This document shows positions 1 through 6,715 of a DNA stretch of 14,362 nucleotides, one piece after another. The notes beneath the pieces are model-generated. The model was given only the letters and a program-made list of their open reading frames with translations, ran no database searches and was not told the origin of the DNA. Numbering within the stretch: position 1 is the stretch's first letter; each line of letters opens with the position of its first letter. Made by a program: the position numbers and the translations under genes. The DNA is from Nitrospirota bacterium. Lineage in GTDB: Bacteria > Nitrospirota > JACRHJ01. Location: contig CAWJRJ010000027.1 in assembly GCA_963845245.1 (NCBI GenBank), positions 1 to 14,362 on the forward strand. The letters run 5' to 3'.

Positions 1-768
1 GCCTACAATCACGACATTCGTAAAACCATATTTTTTTGCGTCGGCCAGAGAGTATCCGACATGGTCGCCCATCTGAATGAAGGCCTCGACAGGAAGGTCC
101 GGGAAGATGCGCATGGCGGCCGTCTCGCTCGTCCTGCCGGGTGTCAATACCACACTGGTAATCCCGCAGGCCTTAGCAACGCTCATAGCCGCTGACACGG
201 TATCCGTCCAGGCCTTTGCGGAAATTGGCTCTACAATGCCGGTGGTGCCGAGGATCGATATGCCGCCGATTATCCCCAGCCTGGCATTTAGCGTCTTACG
301 GGCAAGCTCCTCGCCTTTGGGTACGAAAATGACGGCCTCAAGCCCAAGTGGGCAGTCCGTCTCTTTCAATACCCTGCATAGTTCTTCCTTTATCATCTTC
401 ATGGGCACGGGGTTTATCGCTGGCTGCCCGACCGAAACCGGCAGTCCGGGTTTTGTAACAAGACCAACCCCCCTCCCGCCTTTTACCGTCACCCCAAAAC
501 CTGTCGTAAAAAAGGTTACTTCCGCACCGATCTCGGCGCCGGCAGTCACGTCCGGGTCATCTCCGGCATCCTTGATTATAGTGACTTCGGCCCTATCCTG
601 GTCATATTCAACGGTATGCACTTTAAAAACAGCATTAGACCCTTCCGGCAGAGTTATCTCCACCTCATCAACAGGCCTCTCGTTGATTAGTGTATATGCA
701 GCCGCCTTTGCAGCCGCAGCCGCACAAGCACCTGTAGTGAAGCCACGCCTGAGCCCGCTCGCTTCCAT
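1..768 (-). CDS. cbiD: Cobalt-precorrin-5B C1-methyltransferase CbiD, 5' part (runs off the left edge)
   Basis: Manual minus-strand translation gives MEASGLRRGFTTGACAAAAAKAAA...IIKDAGDDPDVTAGAEI...GGRGVGLVTKPGLPVSVGQPAINPVP...KTLNARLGIIGGISILGTTGIVEPIS...FIQMGDHVG, the hallmark CbiD motifs. The frame is open to position 1. The ATG at 768 directly follows the yacG stop (TAAGATG). In-frame alternative ATGs lie at 783, 801, 804 and 810. Confidence 0.95.
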   Translation of the reverse strand, partial: MEASGLRRGFTTGACAAAAAKAAAYTLINERPVDEVEITLPEGSNAVFKVHTVEYDQDRAEVTIIKDAGDDPDVTAGAEIGAEVTFFTTGFGVTVKGGRGVGLVTKPGLPVSVGQPAINPVPMKMIKEELCRVLKETDCPLGLEAVIFVPKGEELARKTLNARLGIIGGISILGTTGIVEPISAKAWTDTVSAAMSVAKACGITSVVLTPGRTSETAAMRIFPDLPVEAFIQMGDHVGYSLADAKKYGFTNVVIVG

Positions 769-769
769 C

Positions 770-940
770 TTATTCGGAGCCATTTTGGCCTGGACGTTCA
801 TCATCTTCATCTCCCCCTGCTATGCTGTAACCCTCGTCAGCCCATACACCCAAATCTATAAGCTTGCAGCGTTCACTGCAAAACGGGCGGTATTTGTTGC
901 CTTCCCAGACGATTTCTTTTTTACATATTGGACAAAGCAT
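770..940 (-). CDS. yacG: DNA gyrase inhibitor YacG-family zinc-binding protein (56 aa, not in ORF track)
   Basis: Manual translation: [56 protein letters not shown]. It matches the YacG pattern CPxC...RPFCSxRCxLIDLGxW and has an acidic tail. Confidence 0.93.
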   Translation of the reverse strand: MLCPICKKEIVWEGNKYRPFCSERCKLIDLGVWADEGYSIAGGDEDDERPGQNGSE

Positions 941-1012
941 TCAAAACCCCAAAAATTGCGAGAAAAAAGGCGTTTATCGCCCTGAATGGACGGGAAATTA
1001 CCTGACTTTAAA

Positions 1013-1041
1013 ATTGAACCAACTAAACGCAGAATTGTCAA
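1013..1041 (-). promoter_or_regulatory. Putative sigma-70 promoter for yacG-cbiD
   Basis: Minus strand TTGACA (1041-1036), 17-bp spacer, then TTCAAT (1018-1013) preceded by an extended TG. The -10 match is imperfect. Confidence 0.5.
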
Positions 1042-1080
1042 TGTAAAAAATCCATATCAGGGAAAATCTACGGATATAAT

Positions 1081-1109
1081 AAAAAATGGGCCGGAAAAAC
1101 CGGCCCATT
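1081..1109 (-). terminator. Rho-independent terminator downstream of the zinc-ribbon microprotein gene
   Basis: Perfect 10-bp inverted repeat AATGGGCCGG (1085-1094) / CCGGCCCATT (1100-1109) with a 5-nt loop, followed on the minus strand by a U-run (A-tract 1081-1086). Confidence 0.85.
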
Positions 1110-1142
1110 CATAAGGCTTATTATCTTTAATGTATCATTTGC

Positions 1143-1289
1143 TCAGAAGTTGCCGGCGTTCAACCTGTTCTGGACGATGGTCTTGTCTATTATGCTCCCA
1201 CAGTTCAGGCACTTCCAACCATAGAAGGTTATAAAGTAATCTGCAAACCTCTGAGAAACCATTAATCCACCACATTTTTGACATTTCAT
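1143..1289 (-). CDS. Small hypothetical zinc-ribbon protein (48 aa, CxxC-x20-CxxC)
   Basis: MKCQKCGGLMVSQRFADYFITFYGWKCLNCGSIIDKTIVQNRLNAGNF. A purine-rich SD (GAAGGGGGGAGA) lies just upstream of ATG 1289. The gene is flanked by a sigma-54 promoter and a terminator. Confidence 0.85.
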   Translation of the reverse strand: MKCQKCGGLMVSQRFADYFITFYGWKCLNCGSIIDKTIVQNRLNAGNF

Positions 1290-1363
1290 AGTAATTCTCC
1301 CCCCTTCGTTTATAGTACAAGTTATGCGTCTATATTGTTTCCCGAATAACATTATTTATATTT

Positions 1364-1379
1364 AGCAAGTAGCGTGCCA
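1364..1379 (-). promoter_or_regulatory. Sigma-54 (RpoN) -24/-12 promoter
   Basis: Minus strand reads TGGCAC-GCTAC-TTGCT, an exact match to the TGGCAC-N5-TTGCW consensus, oriented toward the 1289 ATG. Confidence 0.88.
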
Positions 1380-1407
1380 CAACGAAAAAAATTATTTTAT
1401 TCTTTTT

Positions 1408-1420
1408 TATCAAATAGTTA
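1408..1420 (+). promoter_or_regulatory. Putative IHF binding site
   Basis: TATCAAATAGTTA matches WATCAA-N4-TTR. It has an adjacent A/T tract (1386-1407) and lies between the sigma-54 promoter and candidate upstream activator sites, the usual arrangement. Confidence 0.65.
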
Positions 1421-1463
1421 CAAACAGAAGCCAGACTGAATCATCCACTACAGCAAAGAGTTT

Positions 1464-1557
1464 GCGTCATTATCTTGACACCCTGATGACTCTTGTATTT
1501 GAGGACTTTAATTCATCCATTGAAATAACAGGTTTTTAGGTGTGTCAAATTTTTGAG
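1464..1557. promoter_or_regulatory. Two candidate enhancer-binding-protein (UAS) sites, GTCA-N6-TGAC-like
   Basis: GCGTCA-ttatct-TGACAC (1464-1481) and GTGTCA-aatttt-TGAG (1542-1557), about 85-180 bp upstream of the -24 element. Confidence 0.45.
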
Positions 1558-1632
1558 TTGTATGTTTTGCGGTATTTTACCTCTACAAAACCATATACTA
1601 TAAAAAAAGTTAATAATCTTATAACGCGACTC

Positions 1633-1662
1633 TTGACAATAGTATTAAAACATGATTAACTT
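1633..1662 (+). promoter_or_regulatory. Putative sigma-70 promoter of the hydrogenase operon
   Basis: TTGACA (1633-1638), 18 bp, TAACTT (1657-1662), in an AT-rich region upstream of the 1800 ATG. Confidence 0.6.
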
Positions 1663-1799
1663 TCAGTGGTTTATACCGACTAATTTATATTTTCGGGTGT
1701 TTTAACACTTAATCTATTATTATCTAGAAAGGAGGCTTTTGCGCATAGGCTTGTTTTTGGATTAACATCATTAATTCCAAAGAAAGGGGAACAGGTATA

Positions 1800-2873
1800 A
1801 TGCGGAAAGGATCATTAAGAAGTTTTGCCGAGCTTGACAGGAGGGATTTCCTCAAGTTCTGCAGCGCCACAGCCGCGATGATGGGTCTGTCTGAACTCTA
1901 CGGACCGAAGATTGCCGAGGCCGTGACCTCGGCTGCAAAACGCCCTTCAGTAGTATGGCTGACACTCTCATGTGACTCGGGCTGCACCGAGATGTTCATC
2001 AAGGCCAAAAACCCTGGCCCAGCCGAGCTAATCCTCGACATCCTAAGTGTCGACTTTAACGACACCATCATGGCCGCTGCCGGAGAGCAGGCCGAAGAAA
2101 ACCTCAAGAAGGCGGTTGACGCAGGCGGTTTCATACTCGTAATCGAAGGCGGTATGCCGAGCAAACCCGGATACGGGATGATTGCCGGCAGGGACATGAT
2201 CGACATCGTCAAGGAAGCGGCGCCCAAGGCTGCGGCGGTTGTTGCTATAGGCTCCTGTGCGACAAACGGCGGCATACCCGGCGCAAGGCCCAACCCTTCA
2301 GGCTTAAAGAGCGTCTCTGAAGTGCTTGGCCCAATGGGAATCAAAAACGTTAACCTCCCTGGCTGCCCGGCCGACCCCAAGCTCCTTATCGGCGTGGTCA
2401 TGAACTACCTCCTCTTCAAGAAACTTCCCGACCTGGACGACCAGGCCAGGCCCAAGATGTTCTACTCCAAGACTATACACGAGCAGTGCGAGCGCAGGTC
2501 CTATTTCGAAGCAGGTAAGTTCGTGGAGGCCTTCGGCACACCCGAAATGGAAAAAGGCTACTGTCTATTCAAGATGGGTTGCAAGGGCCCTGCCACTTAC
2601 GCCCCCTGCCCGACGATAAGATATAACGACAACGCAAGCTGGTGCATCCAGGCAGGCGCACCCTGCATAGGATGTCTCGACATGAAATGGCCGGACAATT
2701 TCCACCCCTTCTACGCAAAACTCAAGGGGATAAGCGTACCTGGGTTTGGCGGGGTAGAGACTTCCGCGGACAAGGTAGGCAAGGTCCTGGGTATTGCAAC
2801 AGCTGCCGGTATTATCGTGCACGCCGCCGTCTCGGCGACAAAGGGCGGCTCCAAGAAAGGGGGGGACGAATAA
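1800..2873 (+). CDS. Membrane-bound [NiFe]-hydrogenase small subunit (Tat-exported, C-terminal membrane anchor)
   Basis: Tat motif DRRDFLK. Fe-S ligand motifs CDSGC, GSCATNGG, PGCP, HEQC, CLFKMGCKGP and SWCIQAGAPCIGC. C-terminal hydrophobic helix with His (VLGIATAAGIIVHAAV). SD AAAGGGGA. Confidence 0.97.
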   Translation: MRKGSLRSFAELDRRDFLKFCSATAAMMGLSELYGPKIAEAVTSAAKRPSVVWLTLSCDSGCTEMFIKAKNPGPAELILDILSVDFNDTIMAAAGEQAEENLKKAVDAGGFILVIEGGMPSKPGYGMIAGRDMIDIVKEAAPKAAAVVAIGSCATNGGIPGARPNPSGLKSVSEVLGPMGIKNVNLPGCPADPKLLIGVVMNYLLFKKLPDLDDQARPKMFYSKTIHEQCERRSYFEAGKFVEAFGTPEMEKGYCLFKMGCKGPATYAPCPTIRYNDNASWCIQAGAPCIGCLDMKWPDNFHPFYAKLKGISVPGFGGVETSADKVGKVLGIATAAGIIVHAAVSATKGGSKKGGDE

Positions 2874-4469
2874 ATGGCCAGATATGTGATAGACCCTATA
2901 ACAAGGATAGAAGGACACCTCAAGCTTGAGGTAGAGATAGAGGGCGGCAAAGTCAAAGACGCATGGACAAGCGGTACGCTGTTCAGGGGTTTTGAACTTA
3001 TACTTCAGGGACGCGACCCGCGTGACGCCTGGCAGTACACCCAGAGGGTCTGCGGAGTCTGCCCCACCTCCCATGGCCACACCGCATCAATGAGCCTCGA
3101 AGACTCGTTCAAGGTGATTCCGCCGGAGAACGCCGTCATCATCAGGAACCTGATCGAGGGATGCCAGTTCCTCCACTCTCATATACTGTGGTTCTACCAT
3201 CTGGCCGCGCTTGACTATGTTGACGTCGTCTCTGCGCTTTCGGCGAAGACATCCGACCCAAAGCTGCTTGCCGTACAGGCAAAGCTAAAGACGTTCGTTG
3301 AGTCCGGACAGCTCGGCCCCTTTGCCAACGCATACTGGGGTCATCCGGCGTACAAGCTCCCGGCCGAGGTAAACCTCCTCGCCGTCTCGCACTACCTGGA
3401 TGCCCTTGAGATGCAGGCCCTGGCCGCGAGCGCTTCAGCGCTCTTCGGCGGCAAGATGCCCATGACCATGACCTCGCCTCCCGGCGGCGTCAACACAATG
3501 CTGAACCTGGACATCCTCGCGCATTTCATTTACAAGCTAAAGACGCTGCAAGCATTTATAGACAACGTCTATATACCGGACGTCCTTGCGGTCGCGCCGC
3601 ACTACCTCGACTGGGCCGCTATCGGCAAGGGGCACGGAAACTACCTGGCGTGGGGCGTCTTCGAAGACCCTGCAACGCGCGACCCGTACAAGAGGCTGCT
3701 GCCGAGGGGCGCGGTATATGCGGACAAGGGACTCGTCCACCAGAAGGTCGACGCCAATATGGTTACCGAAGACGTCAGCCACAGCTGGTACAAATCAAAG
3801 AGCGGCCTGAACCCGGCAACCGGCGAGACCGATCCTGAGTATACAAAGTACGACACAAACGACAAGTACACCTGGGCGAAGGCGCCGAGGCTGAACGGAA
3901 AACCGATGGAGGTCGGCGCACTATCGAGGATGCTGGTCGCCTATGTCCATGGCCAGCCGACTGCGAAAGCACTTATCGACAGCACACTCGCAACGCTCGG
4001 AGTCGCCGGCAAGCCTGAGGTTTTGCTGTCGGTCCTCGGAAGGATCGCCGCCAGGGCGCTCGAGGCCAAGATGGTCGCGGACCAGATGCTGGTTTGGACC
4101 GGTGATCTTGCGGCAAACATGGGGGCTGGAAAGACCGAACTCTTCAAGCAGTACGAGCTGCCCACAAGCGCAAGCGGTGTAGCCTTATGGGAGGCACCAC
4201 GCGGCGCGTTGGCGCACTGGAACACAATTGAAGGACAGGTGCTCAAAAACTACCAGCTCGTCGTTCCGACCACCTGGAACGTCTGCCCGAGAGACGACAA
4301 GGGTGTACGCGGCCCGATAGAGGAAGCCCTGGTGGGTACGCCGGTGGTCGACCCGAAAAAGCCTCTTGAGATACTGAGGGTGGTCCACTCGTTCGACCCG
4401 TGCCTGGCCTGCACCGTGCACGTGATTGACCCCGGCACGAACGAAATCCACAAATTCAGGGTATCCTGA
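2874..4469 (+). CDS. [NiFe]-hydrogenase large subunit (group 1, 1a-like motifs)
   Basis: N-terminal DPITRIEGHL; L1 motif QRVCGVCPTSH; EAPRGALAHW; VVPTTWN; L2 motif SFDPCLACTVH followed by a 15-aa cleavable tail. The ATG abuts the small-subunit stop (TAAATG). Confidence 0.98.
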   Translation: MARYVIDPITRIEGHLKLEVEIEGGKVKDAWTSGTLFRGFELILQGRDPRDAWQYTQRVCGVCPTSHGHTASMSLEDSFKVIPPENAVIIRNLIEGCQFLHSHILWFYHLAALDYVDVVSALSAKTSDPKLLAVQAKLKTFVESGQLGPFANAYWGHPAYKLPAEVNLLAVSHYLDALEMQALAASASALFGGKMPMTMTSPPGGVNTMLNLDILAHFIYKLKTLQAFIDNVYIPDVLAVAPHYLDWAAIGKGHGNYLAWGVFEDPATRDPYKRLLPRGAVYADKGLVHQKVDANMVTEDVSHSWYKSKSGLNPATGETDPEYTKYDTNDKYTWAKAPRLNGKPMEVGALSRMLVAYVHGQPTAKALIDSTLATLGVAGKPEVLLSVLGRIAARALEAKMVADQMLVWTGDLAANMGAGKTELFKQYELPTSASGVALWEAPRGALAHWNTIEGQVLKNYQLVVPTTWNVCPRDDKGVRGPIEEALVGTPVVDPKKPLEILRVVHSFDPCLACTVHVIDPGTNEIHKFRVS

Positions 4470-4486
4470 GAAAGGGGGTGGCAGAG

Positions 4487-5113
4487 ATGGCCAAAGAAAG
4501 GGTCTATCACTGGACAGCTCCCATAAGGCTGCAACACTGGGTGCATGTCGTATCAATGGCGCTCCTTATATTCACGGGCTTCTATATCCACTCCCCGTTC
4601 ATGGCGGGTGGCACTGAGACAATGGCTTGGAACAGGTTCTTCCATTTCATCGCGGCCTACTTCCTGATCTTCGGGTTCATCATGAGGTTCTACCTTATGT
4701 TCAACTCGAAGGAGGCGGCCGACTGGAAGGAGCTACTCCCTCTTCCGGGTAACCTGAAGAACATACCGGATATTATGATGTACTACCTGTTCCTCAAAAG
4801 CTCGCACAAGCCCTATAAGCGGTATAACCCGCTCCAGGGCCTGGCCTATACCTTCATGGGCCTCATGATCATAGTCATGACAGTAACCGGCTTCGCGCTG
4901 TATACCGGCTGGCTGTCGACTAGCTTCGCGTGGGTGAACACCATGCTTGGCGGCATACCCGTGACGAGGGTAGTCCACTTCCTGGGTATGTGGCTACTCA
5001 TAATAGTTTCGGCGGTCCACCTGTATTTCGTGTTGAGACAGGACGCACTCGACAAGGACAGAACCCTTATGTCCATGGTGGACGGATATACGCTCAAAGA
5101 GCCGTCAAAATAG
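4487..5113 (+). CDS. Ni/Fe-hydrogenase b-type cytochrome subunit
   Basis: Four hydrophobic helices with heme-ligand His (RLQHW, RFFHF, RVVHF, VHLY) and the YNPLQ motif. ATG 4487 is well spaced from SD AAGGGGGT; GTG 4478 is the alternative start. Confidence 0.95.
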   Translation: MAKERVYHWTAPIRLQHWVHVVSMALLIFTGFYIHSPFMAGGTETMAWNRFFHFIAAYFLIFGFIMRFYLMFNSKEAADWKELLPLPGNLKNIPDIMMYYLFLKSSHKPYKRYNPLQGLAYTFMGLMIIVMTVTGFALYTGWLSTSFAWVNTMLGGIPVTRVVHFLGMWLLIIVSAVHLYFVLRQDALDKDRTLMSMVDGYTLKEPSK

Positions 5114-5133
5114 AAAGCAAGGGAACAGGACTA

Positions 5134-5652
5134 TTGAGTAATTTCGAACCTTCCGCCGGCCCCGGGACCATTGAAAAGAAAGTAATGGTCCTCGGGGTCG
5201 GCAATATTCTTTTAAGGGACGAAGGCGTAGGCGTACGGGTCATCGAAAGGCTCCAGGCATCTTACGAGTTCCCGCCCGAGGTCGAGCTTATGGACGGCGG
5301 CACTGCCGGGCTGGACCTCATGCCTTTCATGGAAGGCTACAAACATGTCATCATCGTCGATACGCTGAAGACCTCCGAGCCACCCGGCTCGATATTCCGG
5401 TTCACCCCAGAAGACATCGACATAAAAGTACCCTACAAGACCTCTCTGCACCAGATAGGGATGGTGGAGGTATTCGCGATCGCCGAGGCGCTGGGTAAGA
5501 AGATAGAAGCGGTAATAATAGGCATACAGCCCGAGGACATGTCCGACTGGGGCCTTGAGCTGACTCCGACGATCGAGGCGAAAATCCCCGAGTTGATGGA
5601 GCTTGTGCTGAAAGAGCTTAAAGCGCTTGGGATAACACCCAAAACGCATTAA
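5134..5652 (+). CDS. Hydrogenase maturation endopeptidase (HyaD/HybD family)
   Basis: Motifs VLGVGNILLRDEGVG, DGGT, SLHQ and IGIQP. The start is uncertain: TTG 5134 after AAGGGAACAGGA, or ATG 5185. The ORF-track start at 4930 overlaps cytochrome b and is unlikely. Confidence 0.93.
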   Translation: MSNFEPSAGPGTIEKKVMVLGVGNILLRDEGVGVRVIERLQASYEFPPEVELMDGGTAGLDLMPFMEGYKHVIIVDTLKTSEPPGSIFRFTPEDIDIKVPYKTSLHQIGMVEVFAIAEALGKKIEAVIIGIQPEDMSDWGLELTPTIEAKIPELMELVLKELKALGITPKTH

Positions 5653-5658
5653 TCCGCC

Positions 5659-5688
5659 TTGACACCGGCATTTCATTAAGTTTAGAAT
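5659..5688 (+). promoter_or_regulatory. Putative internal sigma-70 promoter for hypA-hypB-hypF
   Basis: TTGACA (5659-5664), 18 bp, TAGAAT (5683-5688), in the 62-bp gap before hypA. Confidence 0.7.
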
Positions 5689-5714
5689 AACTAATCCATA
5701 CATCAGAGGAACGG

Positions 5715-6059
5715 ATGCACGAAGTCTCCATATGCGAAAGCATACTTGATATCGTCAGGGAGCAGGCAGCCAAAGAGGGCGCAACAAAAGTGACATCCGT
5801 ACGCCTTAAAGTGGGAGAAATGGCAGGGGTGGTCGAAGATGCGCTCCGGTTCGCGTTCGAGGTTGTATCCAAAGACAGCATAGCGGAAGGGGCCAGCCTC
5901 GTAGTCGACAATGTCCCGTTGACTGCCAGGTGCAGGTCATGCAACAGGACATTCCATATAATCGGTTACGCCTTTTGCTGCGCTCACTGCGACAGCCCTG
6001 AGATAGAGATAATATCCGGACGCGAGCTACAGATTGAAGACATAGACCTGGAGGTATGA
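5715..6059 (+). CDS. hypA: Hydrogenase nickel metallochaperone HypA
   Basis: N-terminal MHE Ni site, two CxxC zinc motifs (CRSC, CAHC), GREL motif; SD AGAGGA. Confidence 0.97.
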   Translation: MHEVSICESILDIVREQAAKEGATKVTSVRLKVGEMAGVVEDALRFAFEVVSKDSIAEGASLVVDNVPLTARCRSCNRTFHIIGYAFCCAHCDSPEIEIISGRELQIEDIDLEV

Positions 6060-6715
6060 TGAAGGTAAAGGTAGTAGCGGACATATTAGGCGCAAACGAC
6101 AGGATTGCAGCGGAAAACAGCAGGCTGTTCAAGGAATGCGGTGTCTTTGTCATTAACGTCATGTCCTCGCCGGGTGCGGGTAAAACAACTCTTCTTGAGA
6201 AAACCCTGGCTGCACTCAAGGATAAATATAAGATAGGCGTAATAGAGGGCGACGTCGCGACAACAGCCGACGCGGACAGGATCGAGAAAATGGGCGTGCC
6301 GGTGGTGCAGATCAATACCGGGAGCGCATGCCACCTGGACGGCAACATGGTGCGTAACGCCCTTGACGAGTTCGACCTCATGTCGCTCGACCTGCTGATA
6401 GTGGAGAACGTAGGCAACCTCGTATGCCCGGCGGAATTCAACGTGGGCGAGGACTGCAAGGTGATGCTCCTCTCGGTGCCCGAGGGCGACGACAAACCGC
6501 TCAAATACCCTTTGATGTGGCACCAGTCGAAAGCCCTTGTCATAAACAAGATAGACCTCATCCCATACACCAACTTCGACATAGCCAAGGCGACAAAGGA
6601 TTCCCTCTCACTGAACCCGAAGCTAGACATATTCCCGGTTTCATGCAGGACCGGCGAAGGACTTGAAGGCTGGTACGGCTGGCTTACGGGCAACCTTATT
6701 CGGTCAGATGCCTGA
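6056..6715 (+). CDS. hypB: Hydrogenase nickel incorporation GTPase HypB
   Basis: SSPGAGKTT P-loop, CHLD, ENVGNLVCPA, EGDDKPLKYP and NKID motifs. ATGA overlap with the hypA stop. Short form without a His-rich N-terminus. Confidence 0.98.
   Translation: MMKVKVVADILGANDRIAAENSRLFKECGVFVINVMSSPGAGKTTLLEKTLAALKDKYKIGVIEGDVATTADADRIEKMGVPVVQINTGSACHLDGNMVRNALDEFDLMSLDLLIVENVGNLVCPAEFNVGEDCKVMLLSVPEGDDKPLKYPLMWHQSKALVINKIDLIPYTNFDIAKATKDSLSLNPKLDIFPVSCRTGEGLEGWYGWLTGNLIRSDA

Noticed and set aside
77..985. 302-aa plus-strand ORF
   Set aside because: Antisense shadow of cbiD and yacG, which carry clear family motifs on the minus strand.
856..1046. 61-aa minus-strand and 60-aa plus-strand ORFs
   Set aside because: They overlap yacG in other frames and have no motifs; the minus ORF starts on the TTG of the putative -35 box.
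941..1080. Cobalamin riboswitch upstream of cbiD
   Set aside because: The leader is too short and I see no B12-box or conserved core on the minus strand.
1971..2275. O2-tolerant 6-Cys [4Fe-3S] proximal cluster (group 1d)
   Set aside because: Both supernumerary Cys positions are Gly (SGC and NGGI).
4395..4469. Selenocysteine / SECIS in the large subunit
   Set aside because: The codon at the Sec position is TGC (Cys), and the ORF reads through to a normal stop at 4467-4469.
4930..5133. N-terminal extension of the protease ORF
   Set aside because: It overlaps the cytochrome b gene out of frame; the family motifs start only near 5185.
5806..6693. 295-aa minus-strand ORF and other long antisense ORFs (e.g. 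9170-9823, 11541-12248, 13368-14075)
   Set aside because: They lie opposite well-supported genes and lack motifs; such ORFs are expected from codon bias.
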